Source: Octopus vulgaris (Eukaryota). From it: 64,000 nt of DNA. Where the stretch lies: NCBI GenBank assembly GCA_951406725.2, contig OX597822.1, positions 21,576,001-21,640,000 on the forward strand, given 5' to 3'. The translations under genes and the position numbers were made by a program. The notes below the pieces were generated by a model. That model was not told the DNA's origin and made no database searches. It saw only the letters and a list, made by a program, of their open reading frames with translations. Positions 51,898 through 64,000 of the stretch are shown in pieces (the stretch's first letter is position 1; the number at the start of each line of letters is the position of its first letter).

Positions 51898-53647
51898 CTC
51901 TTGTTGCTGTTGCAGGTGATGTTGGTGTTGCTGTTATTACTACTGCATTGCTTTTGCTACTGTTTTTGTTACTGTTGTTTATGCTATTGTTTTTGTTGCT
52001 GCTGCTGTTACCGTTGTTGTTCCTTTGTTTACATGGGCATTTAAGTCTCTGTTTTATTATTCCTTTCATTTAATTAATTATTCAATTATTTTATTTCCAT
52101 TTCTTTATTGACACTCTCTTCATTATTGTTGAACTTTTTTGCCATTATTGCTCTTCTGCTTTTTCTTTCTCACTTTGTTATATTCTGCTTTTTTTCCCCT
52201 TTTTTTATGTGTTTTTGTTCTTATGATTGTCCATTCTGTGTTATTATTGTTATTCAGTTTATTATTGTTTCTAAAGTTTGATGCTGAACTTAAGGAATTG
52301 GCACCATTCAACTAGTCCTTCTTTCAGTCTAAAGATAAAACACAAACCAAACCTGTGTAATTCACAATTTGAAAGCACTCATGCAACTTCAAGCTCTCAG
52401 CTCTTCAAGGATCCTTATTTTGATAACTTTCAAGTAAAAATTCCTCTGATTATTATGAAAGACAGCTTTTGTTGCCATTTACTTACCAATGTAATTCTGC
52501 TATTTGTCTTCTCTTGTTAGACATAATACACATGTGTGTGTGTTTATGTGTGCATGTATGTGTTTGAACATGTATGTGCTTGTAATTTAAAATATGGGAA
52601 TCACTATTGGTATTGTTGACTTTACACTTAAGGAATCCAACCAAAGCTTCTCTCAAGAGAAAGCTGGTTTATGCATTCTTGGCAACCTTAAGAACTTTTC
52701 TAGTGAATTCTCACTGTTTGAAGAACAGTTTATTATTTCATTTCCCACTTGATCCCACCCACTTCTTATTTCTGCCTATGTCTTTGATTACTCAAATTGA
52801 CATATTATGTTATTGAGCCAAGTGTTTCTGAGAACAACTGGTATAACTTCAACCTTTCCTGACCCCTCTCACTTGAATAATAGTGGCCATTTTTCTGTTT
52901 ATAAAGTGAAATACGGAGAAAAGTTTTTCCCCTTTTTCATTCTCCTATCTTCTCGTATCTTTTGGAATTTGAAGTGTCAATGAAGTGGCATTATCATGTC
53001 TCCTTATAAACGATGACTGTTTTTAACCTGTTTTTCTCTATAAATCTGATAATCAGCATTGATATTAGCTAAAGCAACTTTATCATATAGGTTTTCAGTT
53101 GCTGCTTCTGCCTTAGGCCAGGGCTGCTTTTACGGTTACAACATTATACTAGTTGTTCTAATTCCACCATATCATAGTGTTAAATAATAAAGTTTTACTT
53201 GGGTCAAACTAAATCCTCTCAAAAGTCTATATATATGTAGATATTACTTTCATTTACTCACAAGTGAGAAATATGTCAACATAGAAACAGATTTTAAAAC
53301 AATATTGATGGTAATACAAAAAATCTTTTTTTTACACATGTTTGAATGTGACTAGTTACCTAAACCTTTATGATTTAGTACAACAGTTTCTTCAGTATGG
53401 AGACTACAATGTATTCACACAAAAAATATATGTAAGAAGAAGCTGATGTATTTCTCTGTTGGATTTCTAACCAAAGAACTAAACATAATTTTATCTCATT
53501 TGTTTCATAACTGTGGTCATTTTTAACTAGATGGAACTTCAACAAAGTATTTGATGGCTGTATATGACAATATAACCTCTGCTTTTTTCTTATCATCTAC
53601 TTTGAAGTAAAAGTATATATTCTACCTTCAATGACTGGCTATGTTAT

Positions 53648-54015
53648 ATGAAGTGTGACATACAGGGCATATTACATCTGTCTGGTTGGCTCCTGCAGAA
53701 AAAAGCACAACAAACAAGTCATTTTGCCCCTGTTCAGAGGGCTTCATCAGATGATGTGTGATAAACAGGTCATCTTGCATATGTCTGGCTGGCTTTGTCA
53801 AATGAAGTGTGACAAACAGGTTATGTTACAACTCTTTGTTTGGTTTGTCTGATGAGGTGTAACAGAGAGGTCAGGGTACATCTGTTTGGACAAATCATGT
53901 TACATCTGTTTATCTAGCTTCCTTAGATGAAGAATGACAGACAGACCATGTTGCATCTGTTTGGCTGCTTCCATCTGATGAAGTGTAACTAACAAGTTGC
54001 GTGACATCTGTTATC
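53648..54015. repeat. Degenerate ~51-bp tandem repeat, ~7 units
   Basis: By-eye consensus atgaagtgtgacaaacaggtcatgttgcatctgtttggctggcttcatcag. Confidence 0.8.
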
Positions 54016-55664
54016 TGCTCTAATGTCTACATATATATTCAAAGGCTATGGTAATTCCTGCAATAGCTAATGCAGATTTGATCTGTGTGTGATCATCTCA
54101 GATGTACTTGGCATTACAGCATAACTTTATGTTTAATGTTGCAGCTGATATTACAGATGTGTCAATGTGTTTGAAGTTTTATATTAGTATGGACCAGAGA
54201 CAGAGTGTTGTTATATCACTGTGCAAGTATGTGTCTGTAGTCATACTGATTTATATATGTGTTTATTAAGGAAACAGGCTTTAGTTAGTAATTCTGCTTC
54301 TCAATTGATTAATTGTTCTTTTAATTTGAATATTTTCATTTTATTGAATAGAATAAATGTTTGCAGTGTGAGTAAAACCAATGATGCATTGGATTACAAC
54401 ATTTTCAATGATTTGCTGGGTTATTTTTTTCTGTATTTTAAATATAGATCTCTTCAAGTTAACAATTAATGTTTTTGATGGCAGGAAGAGTATCATTTCT
54501 GGAAGTAGTTTCATTTTCCGTATTTGTAGATTATAGAAACATTAAACTAATTTTAACCATAGAGAATTGCTTGCAAACAGATAAAAGAAAGTGATGATAA
54601 TTGGAAGAGGTAATAATTAGATAATTGAATGAATCATTAAAGCGCTGGTCAAAAATGCCTTGCAGTATTTAGTTTCAATCTTTTACGTTCTGAATTAAAA
54701 TCTTGCCAGAGTGAACCTAGTCTTTCATCCTTCTGATACAAATAAAATGCTACTGGGGTGGAGGGCAATCAATGATACCTTTCTTCTAACGTTGTGGCCT
54801 TGTGCCTATGTTAATATATCAATAATTAACAAATGTAAACTGTTAATACAGATATCTTTGATTATGTGAAATGATCAAAGGTCTATCAAATAGAGCTAAA
54901 TGGAATTTTATATAACATCTGCTATAGAGCTGGGAAATTTTATCTTCGCTTTGTATTATTTCTAAGCTTCACGTGTGACATGTGTGTTTCATTCCATTTC
55001 TCTTAGCAACTATTTCATATCTAACATGGTATTAATAATGATACTGTTGATGGTGGTGGTAGTGGTGGTCATGGCAAGGATCATAATAGTGTTAGTGATA
55101 GCAACAATGACAAAGATAATTACAAAAGCTTGGTCAATAGTTAAAAGTTAACCCCACTCAGTTGGAAAATTAGTTCTAACAATTGATGGGAAGTTAACCT
55201 TGCAATGGACTAGCATCCCATTCAGTGATGGGAGTGAGGATTATTGTAATCTCAGTCACTTATACACCATGAAAACTGGATTAAGCTCCTGCTTAATATG
55301 TTTTAAATTCTCATGACAAACCTTAGTAGTAGAAGTAGTACCTTAACAATGTTAGCATGTGGGTTGGTCTTATTCGCAAGGAAATCTTCATCACATGGAA
55401 CATTGCTTGTGCATTACACTGATGGAATTTAATTTGGAGTTTGGAGTTGTTTTTATAGAAAATAAAATAGGTGTTAAAACTCTGCTACTGCTGTTGTTGA
55501 TGAGGATGGTGGTAGGAGTGGTGTCATTGATGATGATAACACATACATAACAGTACAAACATAAAGTGTATGTAGCATTAGACTTTTCTGCTTTTGTTAT
55601 AAAACAAACATTTTACTTACTTGAGCAATTTAGAAGAGTTTATGTGTGTGTGTGTGTATGTGTG

Positions 55665-55995
55665 TTCTTTTACGTGTTTCAGCCATTTGACCGTGGCCAT
55701 GTTGGAGCACCTCCTTAAAGTGTTTGAGTTGAAGAAATCAACCCCAGGACATATTCTTTGTAAGCCTAGTACTTATTCTATCAGTCTGTTTGCTGAACTG
55801 GTAAGTTACAGGGACATAAACACACCAACATTGGTTGCCAAGTGATGGTGGGGGACAAACTCAGACACAGAGACACACACACATAAATATATATTCAGCT
55901 CTTATTTTGGCATCAGCACCCTCCATCACTTTTGCGACCTCTTTTAATTTTGCCTTTAGATTCTAATTGCTAATAAGCCACCCTTTAAATTTGTT

Positions 55996-56036
<41 letters not shown>

Positions 56037-56519
56037 CACACACAGATATATATATATATAAATAAATATATATATATATATATATCAGTGTGTGTGTGTG
56101 TGTATATATATATGACTGGCTTCTTTCAGTTTCTATCTACCAAATCCTCTAACAAGGCTTTGGCCAGCCTAAGGCTATAATAGAAGACACTTGTCCGAGG
56201 TGCCATACAGTGTGACTGAACCCAGAACCATGTGGTTGGGAAGTGAGCTTTTTACCATACAGCCATGCCTGTGCCTATTATATATTATATGTATATATAC
56301 ACTCTTTACTCTCTTTTACTTGTTTCAATCATTTGACTGTGGCCATGCTGGAGCACCGCCTTTAATCGAGCAACTCAACCCCGGGACTTATTCTTTTGTA
56401 AGCCCAGTACTTATTCTATCGGTCTCTTTTGCCGAACCACTAAGTAACGGGGACATAAACACACCAGCATCTGTTGTCAAGCAATGTTAGGGAGACAAAC
56501 ACAGGCACACAAACACACA

Positions 56520-56556
<37 letters not shown>

Positions 56557-56716
56557 GACGGGCTTCTTTCAGTTTCCGTCTACCAAATCCACTCACAAGG
56601 CTTTGGTCGGCCCAAGGCTATAGTAGAAGACACTTGCCCAAGGTGCCACACAGTGGGACTGAACCCAGAACCATGTGGTTGGTAAACAAGCTACTTACCA
56701 CACAGCCACTCCTGCG

Positions 56717-56720
<4 letters not shown>
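55665..56720 (-). mobile_element. Cluster of two SINE family A copies (55665-56275, split; 56300-56720, full-length)
   Basis: Family motifs on the reverse strand; the first copy is interrupted at ~55890-56000. Confidence 0.9.
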
Positions 56721-56756
<36 letters not shown>

Positions 56757-57855
56757 AGAGGGTTTCATTCAGTTTCTACCAAATTCACTAATTTACCGTA
56801 AACTCATAAGTCAATCTGAAAATCTGAACTATATTAGAGAAAACTTGCTCAATGGGTCTGAACCCCAAATGATGTGGTTAGGAAGCAAACTTTAAAACCA
56901 TACAGCCATGTGTGTACTAGTATATGTGTGTGTGTGAGAGAGAGAGAGGAGGAGAGAGAGAGAGTGTGTGTGTGTGTGTGTGTATAGTGGTGTAAATATC
57001 ATGTCATATCTAAGTTCCTGAGATGTAACTCTACTAAACTTAGCCATTCAATAAAAAGAAATTGCTAAAATGAATATCTGATTAAGTTATAGTATCACTA
57101 TAATTGTCTAAAGCCTTTCGAGGCAGAGTCCCTGGTTGGCCACAGTAAAAATAATAATCAATTAATATGTAAATATTGTATATCATAAAACTGCTTTCCT
57201 TTGTTACTCTGTGTATATGAGACATCAGAGGAAAGTGACAGGATAGTAGAACAGAATAATCAATATAAGAGGAGAGAGAGAGAGAGACTTTGCCGACCAT
57301 TATTGTGAGGATTTCTTTAGTAGCATCATTTACTCAAAGAAAATTCATGTAAATACAAACGGTGCATTCTTCATCAGTGTGTTTGCCAAAGTGTTCCTCT
57401 TTTTTAATGGGTTTCCATTTTCTTAAAAGGATTAGAATAAAAATTTACTGGAAGAATTAACAAGAAACCAATTCCAGTGCAATAAATCACTGTGTCATTA
57501 ATGGTGCCATAAACTATACGGAAAGATTTAGTAAAGTTAACACTCCACAAGGTTAACACTCTTGCCATTTGTTATTGATTGCCAATGTTCCAGATAAATT
57601 CTTTCTGTTTTAGACACTCTGTTTATTGAGAAAGTTACGTAGCAAGCCCATACTTTAACATACACACACTCACAACTAATAAGGTAGCTTCTGCAAGATC
57701 ATTAGAAATAGCAGCCAGATTTTTCTCAATTCATATGCTACTGTTCCATAAAAAATACAACCTGGTTTTAGAAACACTGTATCAGAAAAATAGATAGAAA
57801 TGGATAGAATGCCTTTTATCACAAGTCTGATCAAATAGGGCAGACCTAAGGTTAA

Positions 57856-58076
57856 CCCTTTCATTGCTGTATTTATTTTGAGATGTTCTGTGTTTCTTTC
57901 AATTACTTTAAATATAACAAAGAATTTAGTAAAATAACTTAGTTATCATTAAGCTAGTGATAGGAACATAAATTGTGACTAAGGTTTGGTGGGAGATTTT
58001 AATTCAAAACTTGTGAAAACAAGAAATTTTGTACTCAGAGCTAGAGCCAGTTTCAGCTGGGTTGGTAACGAAAGGG
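57856..58076. mobile_element. piggyBac-type MITE
   Basis: TTAA|ccctttc ... gaaaggg|TTAA. Confidence 0.85.
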
Positions 58077-58279
58077 TTAAACAATTACTCCTAAGTAGAT
58101 GTTACCAATCAAAGGCATTCCATTTCTTACTGTTTCCTTCATACTACTTTATATTTAGTTTAGAGCAATAATGTTTCTAAATACATTAAAATTTCAAGAC
58201 CTTCTTTACGTCATCATGAGTACTGGTAGTATGTTGTTTGTTCACTTTGCAGTAGCTCACAAAGGCTCATGGAAATATT

Positions 58280-58870
58280 TTAATAACTGATAAAATTGTA
58301 CATGCTAGATTTAATACTAGATTTAATTCTAGTAAATTTCATGTTTTAGTTTACTTGTGATGCATCTGTTTGCTGATGTTTTTTTTTTTATTTTGTATTT
58401 TGCTCTTTGAAGAACAACCATAGTTATTCTTTTATTTTTTGTGTGAATTTCTTTTTCATAAATTTGGAGAGCAATTAACTAGTGTTTTTCTCTCTAATTT
58501 TATTTTGTTTATTGCATACTAATGAACTGCAATGATTCCTTGATGTAAATGCATGTGATGGCAGTATGTTGTACTTTGGTGTCTAATGTGACAGTTTAAG
58601 TTATAAAGTTAACAATTTTAATATCTGTATTGAAATTTATATTCATTACATTGGTTGTCTGAAGCCCGTTTTGTGGGTTTGCTACATTATGATATCGTTT
58701 TGATGTTGAGCTCTTCTATATTGATATTATTGTAATATGTATTTTACTTAGTGCTGCATCTGTTGTAAACTTCTTCTATTGTTCTAGGGCCTGGTCTAAT
58801 AATGTAATAGAGTACCCATTATTAACTAATGTGTGTTTTGCATGTATAATTTCTTTAAGTAAAGGTCTAC
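58280..58870 (-). mobile_element. Heavily decayed Penelope-like ORF remnant
   Basis: Minus-strand translation pieces KEIIHAKHTLVNNGYS (RT thumb) and LQTTNV...YKF (GIY-YIG start); an oppositely oriented HHR lies just 5'. Confidence 0.5.
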
Positions 58871-59048
58871 TAATAGCAAAATACAAATAAAAGTAATCAA
58901 TACTCAGATGCAACATATAAAATAAATAAGGAAATGTATCAGATTTAATCATTGTATCATTTTAAAATTCAACATGCATGATTTTTTTGCAGTGATACTT
59001 AGTGAACTCCTGCAAAGTGCACAAACAACATACCATGATTACTGTTCC

Positions 59049-59093
59049 TTCTTTCTGAAGATGAGACAAAGATGGTCTAGAAATGTTAAAGAA
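59049..59093 (+). ncRNA. Minimal hammerhead motif, degenerate
   Basis: ttcttt CTGAAGA t gagac-aaagatg-gtcta GAAA tg TT aaagaa; 6-bp helix I, C11.1 mutated. Confidence 0.65.
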
Positions 59094-59269
59094 CAATGGC
59101 TTTAGGAATGCTATTGTTCCTAATTCCATAAAGGATTATTAATAAAGAACTGTGGGGAAAAAGACTAATAACAAAAACCAATGCGAACAAACCTATGTCC
59201 TCAATATAACATGTTGGAAAGAAAATTTGTTTGTTATTTCCTTCAATGTATATTTATTATCTCTCAACA

Positions 59270-59850
59270 TTAGTTCTTCATTCATTATATTCACTTCTTC
59301 ACCCAATCCCCATCTCTGACCATACCCTCATACACTCTTCCCATACACTCTTGCAACCTCTACCTGCCTATGCTAGCTCTTCTCAACTCTACTCACGTTG
59401 TATGTTGAGAGGCTATTCTGACATCTCATTACCTCAATGTCTTACTTTCTAGCTCAACCCAAATTACCTCAATCCTTTCTTCTATAATATAAGCAACCGT
59501 GTAGCTACTCCTACAACAACAAATCAGTTCTGTGTTTGTTCCTCTCTCATGCTGTAACACATCATCTTCTAGAACAGAGCTGCTTCCCTCTCTACTGTAG
59601 CCCCACTTAGTCAAAGAGATCTTAGTCCTGCAAGTTGTATGTCCACTTCACTAGTGCTGGTGCCATGATGAAAGCGCCCAATAGAGGCTGTAAAGTGGCT
59701 AACATTAGGAAGGACAACCATCTATAAGAACCATGACAAAGCAGGCATTGGAGCAGAATGCAGTCCTTGAACCCATCAGAACTTATCAAACCAGCCAACC
59801 CATGTTGCATGGATGGTGGACTTCAAAAGATTATGATATGATAATGATAA
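59270..59850 (+). mobile_element. Old non-coding element with RTE-type tail; a second copy is inverted at ~61735-62330
   Basis: cacttcactagtgctggtgccatg...aaagcgcccaata...ccaacccatg (59645-59805) matches the reverse complement of 61745-61920. Confidence 0.65.
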
Positions 59851-61216
59851 TGAGTACAATCCAGTATGATTCAAAAGAACTGAAATAAATTTAGATATTG
59901 AAAGCCTGTTTGTGATAGATACACTCTTTCTTTTCCTTACTTTTTTTTTTTTTTTGATGTGCAGCAAAAAAATGAGAGGATTTTTATGATGGACCACTTT
60001 ACAATTTGTTGATCATTTCTCAAAGAATATGTACACAGTTTCTTTCCCCAACCAATTAAATTGAATCTTCAGCTGATATATAAAATAAGTTATAAATTAG
60101 CCTAGTGCATTTGTAGATAAAATAATCTGCATATTTATGCTTTTCATTATTAAACAATATACATTTCATAGACATAGTGTGATTCAGAAGAACTGAAATA
60201 AATTAAAATAATAAAACACCTGGCTTATGGAAATGAGAAGATTGCAAATAGATACCTTCTATTCTTTTGATGTGCAGAAAAAGTATGGAAACTCTTTTGA
60301 CAAACCATTTCATGATTTGTTGATTACACCTCAGAGAAGATGTACATAGCTCAGGCATGGCTGTGTAGTTAAATAACTCATTTCATATCTATGTGGTTCT
60401 TAGTTCAGTTCCACTGCTTGACCCCTTGAGGAAGTGTCTTCTAACAATGCCTTGAGTTTACCAATAACCTGTAAATAGACTTAGGTAGACAGAAACTTTG
60501 TTTGATTTCATTGTGTATGTATGTACGTGTGTGTGTGTGTGTATGTGTGTATGTAATGCATACACATACATACATAACATGGACTCTCTTCCTGCTGAAC
60601 TATATTTACATGCATAATTATGTAATTTTTTTATGAATGCTTTGATGCCATAAATAACTTCTCGTTCATCTTTTACAGTAACTTTATTTTCATTAACTCA
60701 ACTGGTGCATTTCCTATAACCAACTCTTGTTTAGTTAGATTATCTCTCTTATTAGAATGTTGTATTTTAGGAATTCGATCTGGTACGAGCTCTAATCTGC
60801 TCCATAGCTATTCTATGCCTTTTGATGTATTCTTACCCATTGTATACATAAAGATGTAAAATATCTTATTCATGAAGTTTATTTGTTTATGATTGTTTCA
60901 ACCAAAATAAATATCATTGGAAGAGAACACTCCCTGGTATCTGTTTTAATAGAAACTTTCTCTGCATCATATCATGTGTGGAGCTTTTAATTGAAAGTGG
61001 TCTTCTTTGTGTTTTAATGAGAAATACTAAGTGACATATTGCTAGGTTGTTAGACTCATGACCCAAAGTTTAGGTGTCCTTGTTAGGGTGGTGTCTTGTG
61101 TTCTTGAGAACACTTTACTTCCTATTGCTCCAGTACACTGAACTAAAAATGAATATGAGCTGGAGAGTTTAATCTGTGATAGGTTGACATGTATATGCAT
61201 ATATATATATATTATA

Positions 61217-61606
61217 TCTATTATATAAAATCCGTTCTATCTGTCTGTGTGTGTGTCTTCTAGGATCTCGAGCATCCTCCATCTGATTGCGCTCAAATTT
61301 GATATGTAGATACCGACAGCATCAGGGCATGTATAAGTCTTGAAAAAATTACAGAAATCGATTCCAGGTGAGAATGCGATTGATAAAGCCATGCGAACGT
61401 GCATTTGTATGTGCAAGTACATCAGCTGTTGCAATCGATACTACGCATACATGAGAAAAATGCACGTGCAGTTTGCGCAAAAAAATCTAGCTGGCTTGAA
61501 ATAATGCCACAAAATGCAGTATATTTAAGAGACCCCAAAAAAAATTTGGTTTAAATTTTTGACAACTCAGCATCATCCATTGGACGGGGATGGGGCGTTT
61601 TGCTCG
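61217..61606 (+). mobile_element. Non-autonomous Helitron
   Basis: A|TCtattatataaaatccg...(tgtc/tg)n start; subterminal hairpin catcatccattggacggggatg; end CTCG|T (CTAG variant); no TSD. Confidence 0.7.
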
Positions 61607-61660
<54 letters not shown>

Positions 61661-62809
61661 TAAATATACACATATATTTGCATACATGCATATATAACAC
61701 ATAGATATTATCAACAGCAATGATAACATAATTTAATGTCCATGTTCCATGTTAGCATGGGTTGATTTGTTTACTAGAATTCGATGTATCCAAGGACCAC
61801 ATCCTGTTCGAATGTCTGCTTTGGCATGATTCCTATGTCCGAATATCTTTCATGTTGTCAACTACTTTACAGCTTGTATTGGGTGCTTTTAGCATGGCAC
61901 CAGCACTAGTGAAGTTGACATGTGGCCCACAAGATTAAGATCTCCTTTGACTGAATGGAGCAACAGTTGAGAGAGAGGTTGTTTTATGCTGGGAGAAGAA
62001 GAATTATAGTATGAAACAAAAAAAAAAAAGCCAGAGCAGGACAAGTTTCTTGCTGTGGAGGTGCTACTACATAGGTACTCTTATTATAGAAGAAAGGTAG
62101 GATTGATTGGAATGAAGCTGGAAAGAGATAAAAATAGTGTTGATGAGGTGTCAGAACAGGCCCTCAAAGTATGAGGTGAATAAAAGAGAGTGGAGACTGA
62201 ACAGGTTGTGTAGGTAGCTAGTGTCTGTAATAGTATGGTGGGGCTGAGGGAGAATAAGAAATGGTCCGAGATGACAATTGAAAGAACGTGAATGTAATGA
62301 ATGAAAAACAAGTGTTGAGGGATGGTAAATAAGGAAGTTAAGGAAGAGTAGGTGAAAATTCTAGAGAGATCCAGGTCATGAAAAAGGTATGGGTATGTTG
62401 CTGCTTGTGGTATTACAGGAGAATATTAGGTTTTCTGAATTTTATACTAAAATACCAAAAGATAAGTTTAGTATGAAACGGAAACAGTAATGAATGCTAA
62501 CCTGCTAAATGTATCATGAATCAAGATATTTTAATTATCATGCAGTGATGAAACAAAAAAATTATTATTTTAACGATTAATTCTGACCCAGAAAGACAGG
62601 GGAGACACTCCTAGAATTTAAATTAATTGTAAACAGAATACAATGGAAGGGAACCAATAACATAATGCCTTTTCTCCCCTCATGACAAATGTAATTTCAA
62701 TTAATAATTGTTTGACCCACTTTGTTAAATAAGTTAAACATTACTCCAAGCATACATTTGAAAAGTGGATTGTAACAAGAATTTGGATCAAGACTTGCTA
62801 TTTTGAAAT

Positions 62810-63025
62810 ATTCTTTCTAATCTTGACACAAAGCCAGCAATTTAAGGGGGAAGGAGAAGTTATTTACATCAACCCCAGTACACAGCAGGCACTTACTTTA
62901 TTGACCATAAAAGATGAAAGGTAAAGTCAACCTCAGTGGCGTTTGAACTCATAATGTAAAGAGACAGAAGAAATGTCACTAAGCATTTTCTCCAGCAATG
63001 TGACAATTCTACCAACTCACCACGG
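62810..63025 (-). mobile_element. SINE family B, diverged
   Basis: gacacaaagccagcaatt...gatgaaaggtaaagtcaacctc...tttgaactc. Confidence 0.7.
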
Positions 63026-63226
63026 TTCCAAGTAATGCCAAGAGGTACTAATCATTTTTATTTTTATGTTTAGCCCTCGATCAACTCCACTGAAGCAGAC
63101 AACTGAATGATCTATTCCTAACCATCAAGTCATTTTACTTTATAAGCACATCTTTCTTCTTTAAATAATAGCATGTGATTTGAGGAAGATTTGGCCACTA
63201 CCTTTAGCAGGTTGTGTGAACATGTA

Positions 63227-63391
63227 GGCGCAGGTGTGGCTGTGTGGTAAGTAGCTTACTTACCAACCACATGGTTCTGGGTTCAGTCCCACTGCGTGGC
63301 ACCTTGGGCAAGTGCCTTCTGCTATAGCCTTGGACCGACCAAAGCCTTGTGAGTGGATTTGGTAGACGGAAACTAAAAGAAGCCTGTCGTG

Positions 63392-63468
<77 letters not shown>

Positions 63469-63660
63469 CTTTATGTGTCTGTGTTTGTCCTCCCCCCACA
63501 TGCTAGTGTGTTTATGTCCCCGTAACTTAGCGGTTCGGCAAAAGAGACTGATAGAATAAGTACTAGGCTTACAAAGAATAAGTCCTGGGGGGTCGATTTA
63601 CTTGACTAAAGGTGGTGCTCCAGCATGGCCACAGTCAAATGACTGAAACCAGTAAAAGAG
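63227..63660 (+). mobile_element. SINE family A, full-length
   Basis: ggcgcaggtgtggctgtgtggtaag...gggttcagtcc...gactgaaaccagtaaaagag. Confidence 0.95.
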
Positions 63661-64000
63661 TATGTAAAGACAACTCATTGGTTCATAGGGACTTTTTCAT
63701 TGACCTGACAGAGGGCTCCCATGGGTTGTGTTCCTTCAAATACTTAGTGGTTCTTTACAGGCTGCTTTCCAATCTGAAATTTGCTTAACCCTATTGTTGA
63801 TCTGACAGCTCCATTATTTCAGCAGCAGAAATATCTAAATAACTTATGGAAAAGTTGTGTGAAATCTTGATGCTGGACAGTTCCATAGCAAATACCGAGA
63901 ACCTCAAAGAATCCATGCTTACTACTATTCATTTAGTTTCATTTTTGTTATTTGTTCTGTCACCATTATGGCCCAGATCGGTTGTAAATTGTACTCAACA

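Noticed and set aside
51799-52069. Cys-rich and Asn-rich ORFs
   Set aside because: (GTT/GCT)n low-complexity sequence plus an antisense SINE head.
53648-54015. CRISPR-like array, or hammerheads (two ctgatga)
   Set aside because: No unique spacers, eukaryotic context, and no stem-GAAA after the ctgatga motifs.
57340-57380. Minus-strand CTGATGA with a short stem
   Set aside because: No correctly placed GAAA and no helix I partner.
60620-60965. Possible ancient minus-strand LINE RT remnant
   Set aside because: Only faint motif echoes; too decayed to call without alignment.

Overview
AT-rich eukaryotic DNA dense in microsatellites and transposable elements. The SINE and RTE-LINE sequences match families I recognise from octopus (coleoid cephalopod) genomes; the species is an inference. 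I found no intact host protein-coding gene, tRNA, rRNA or CRISPR array, and most ORF-track entries are (TA)n/(CA)n artefacts or transposon debris. Content: three copies of one RTE LINE family (one nearly intact over about 450 codons, with a PHD-like C4HC3 finger next to the RT core); two decayed RLE-type (R4/Dong-like) LINEs; Penelope-like elements (PLEs), one with a GIY-YIG ORF and an inverted terminal repeat; two Tc1 and two mariner copies; several MITEs (piggyBac-, hAT-, pogo- and mariner-type); a non-autonomous Helitron; and many tRNA-derived SINEs. The main hidden signal is a set of about nine minimal type-I hammerhead ribozyme (HHR) motifs. They were folded by eye, have unrelated stems, and lie mostly in PLE-derived or small non-autonomous repeats. 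One has an intact core (33595-33662), two form an inverted pair (19498-19728), and one sits in a 196-bp insertion with a 13-bp target-site duplication (TSD). Three candidate minus-strand non-coding exons in the TE-poor stretches may be a host 5'UTR or lncRNA. Boundaries of decayed elements are approximate.
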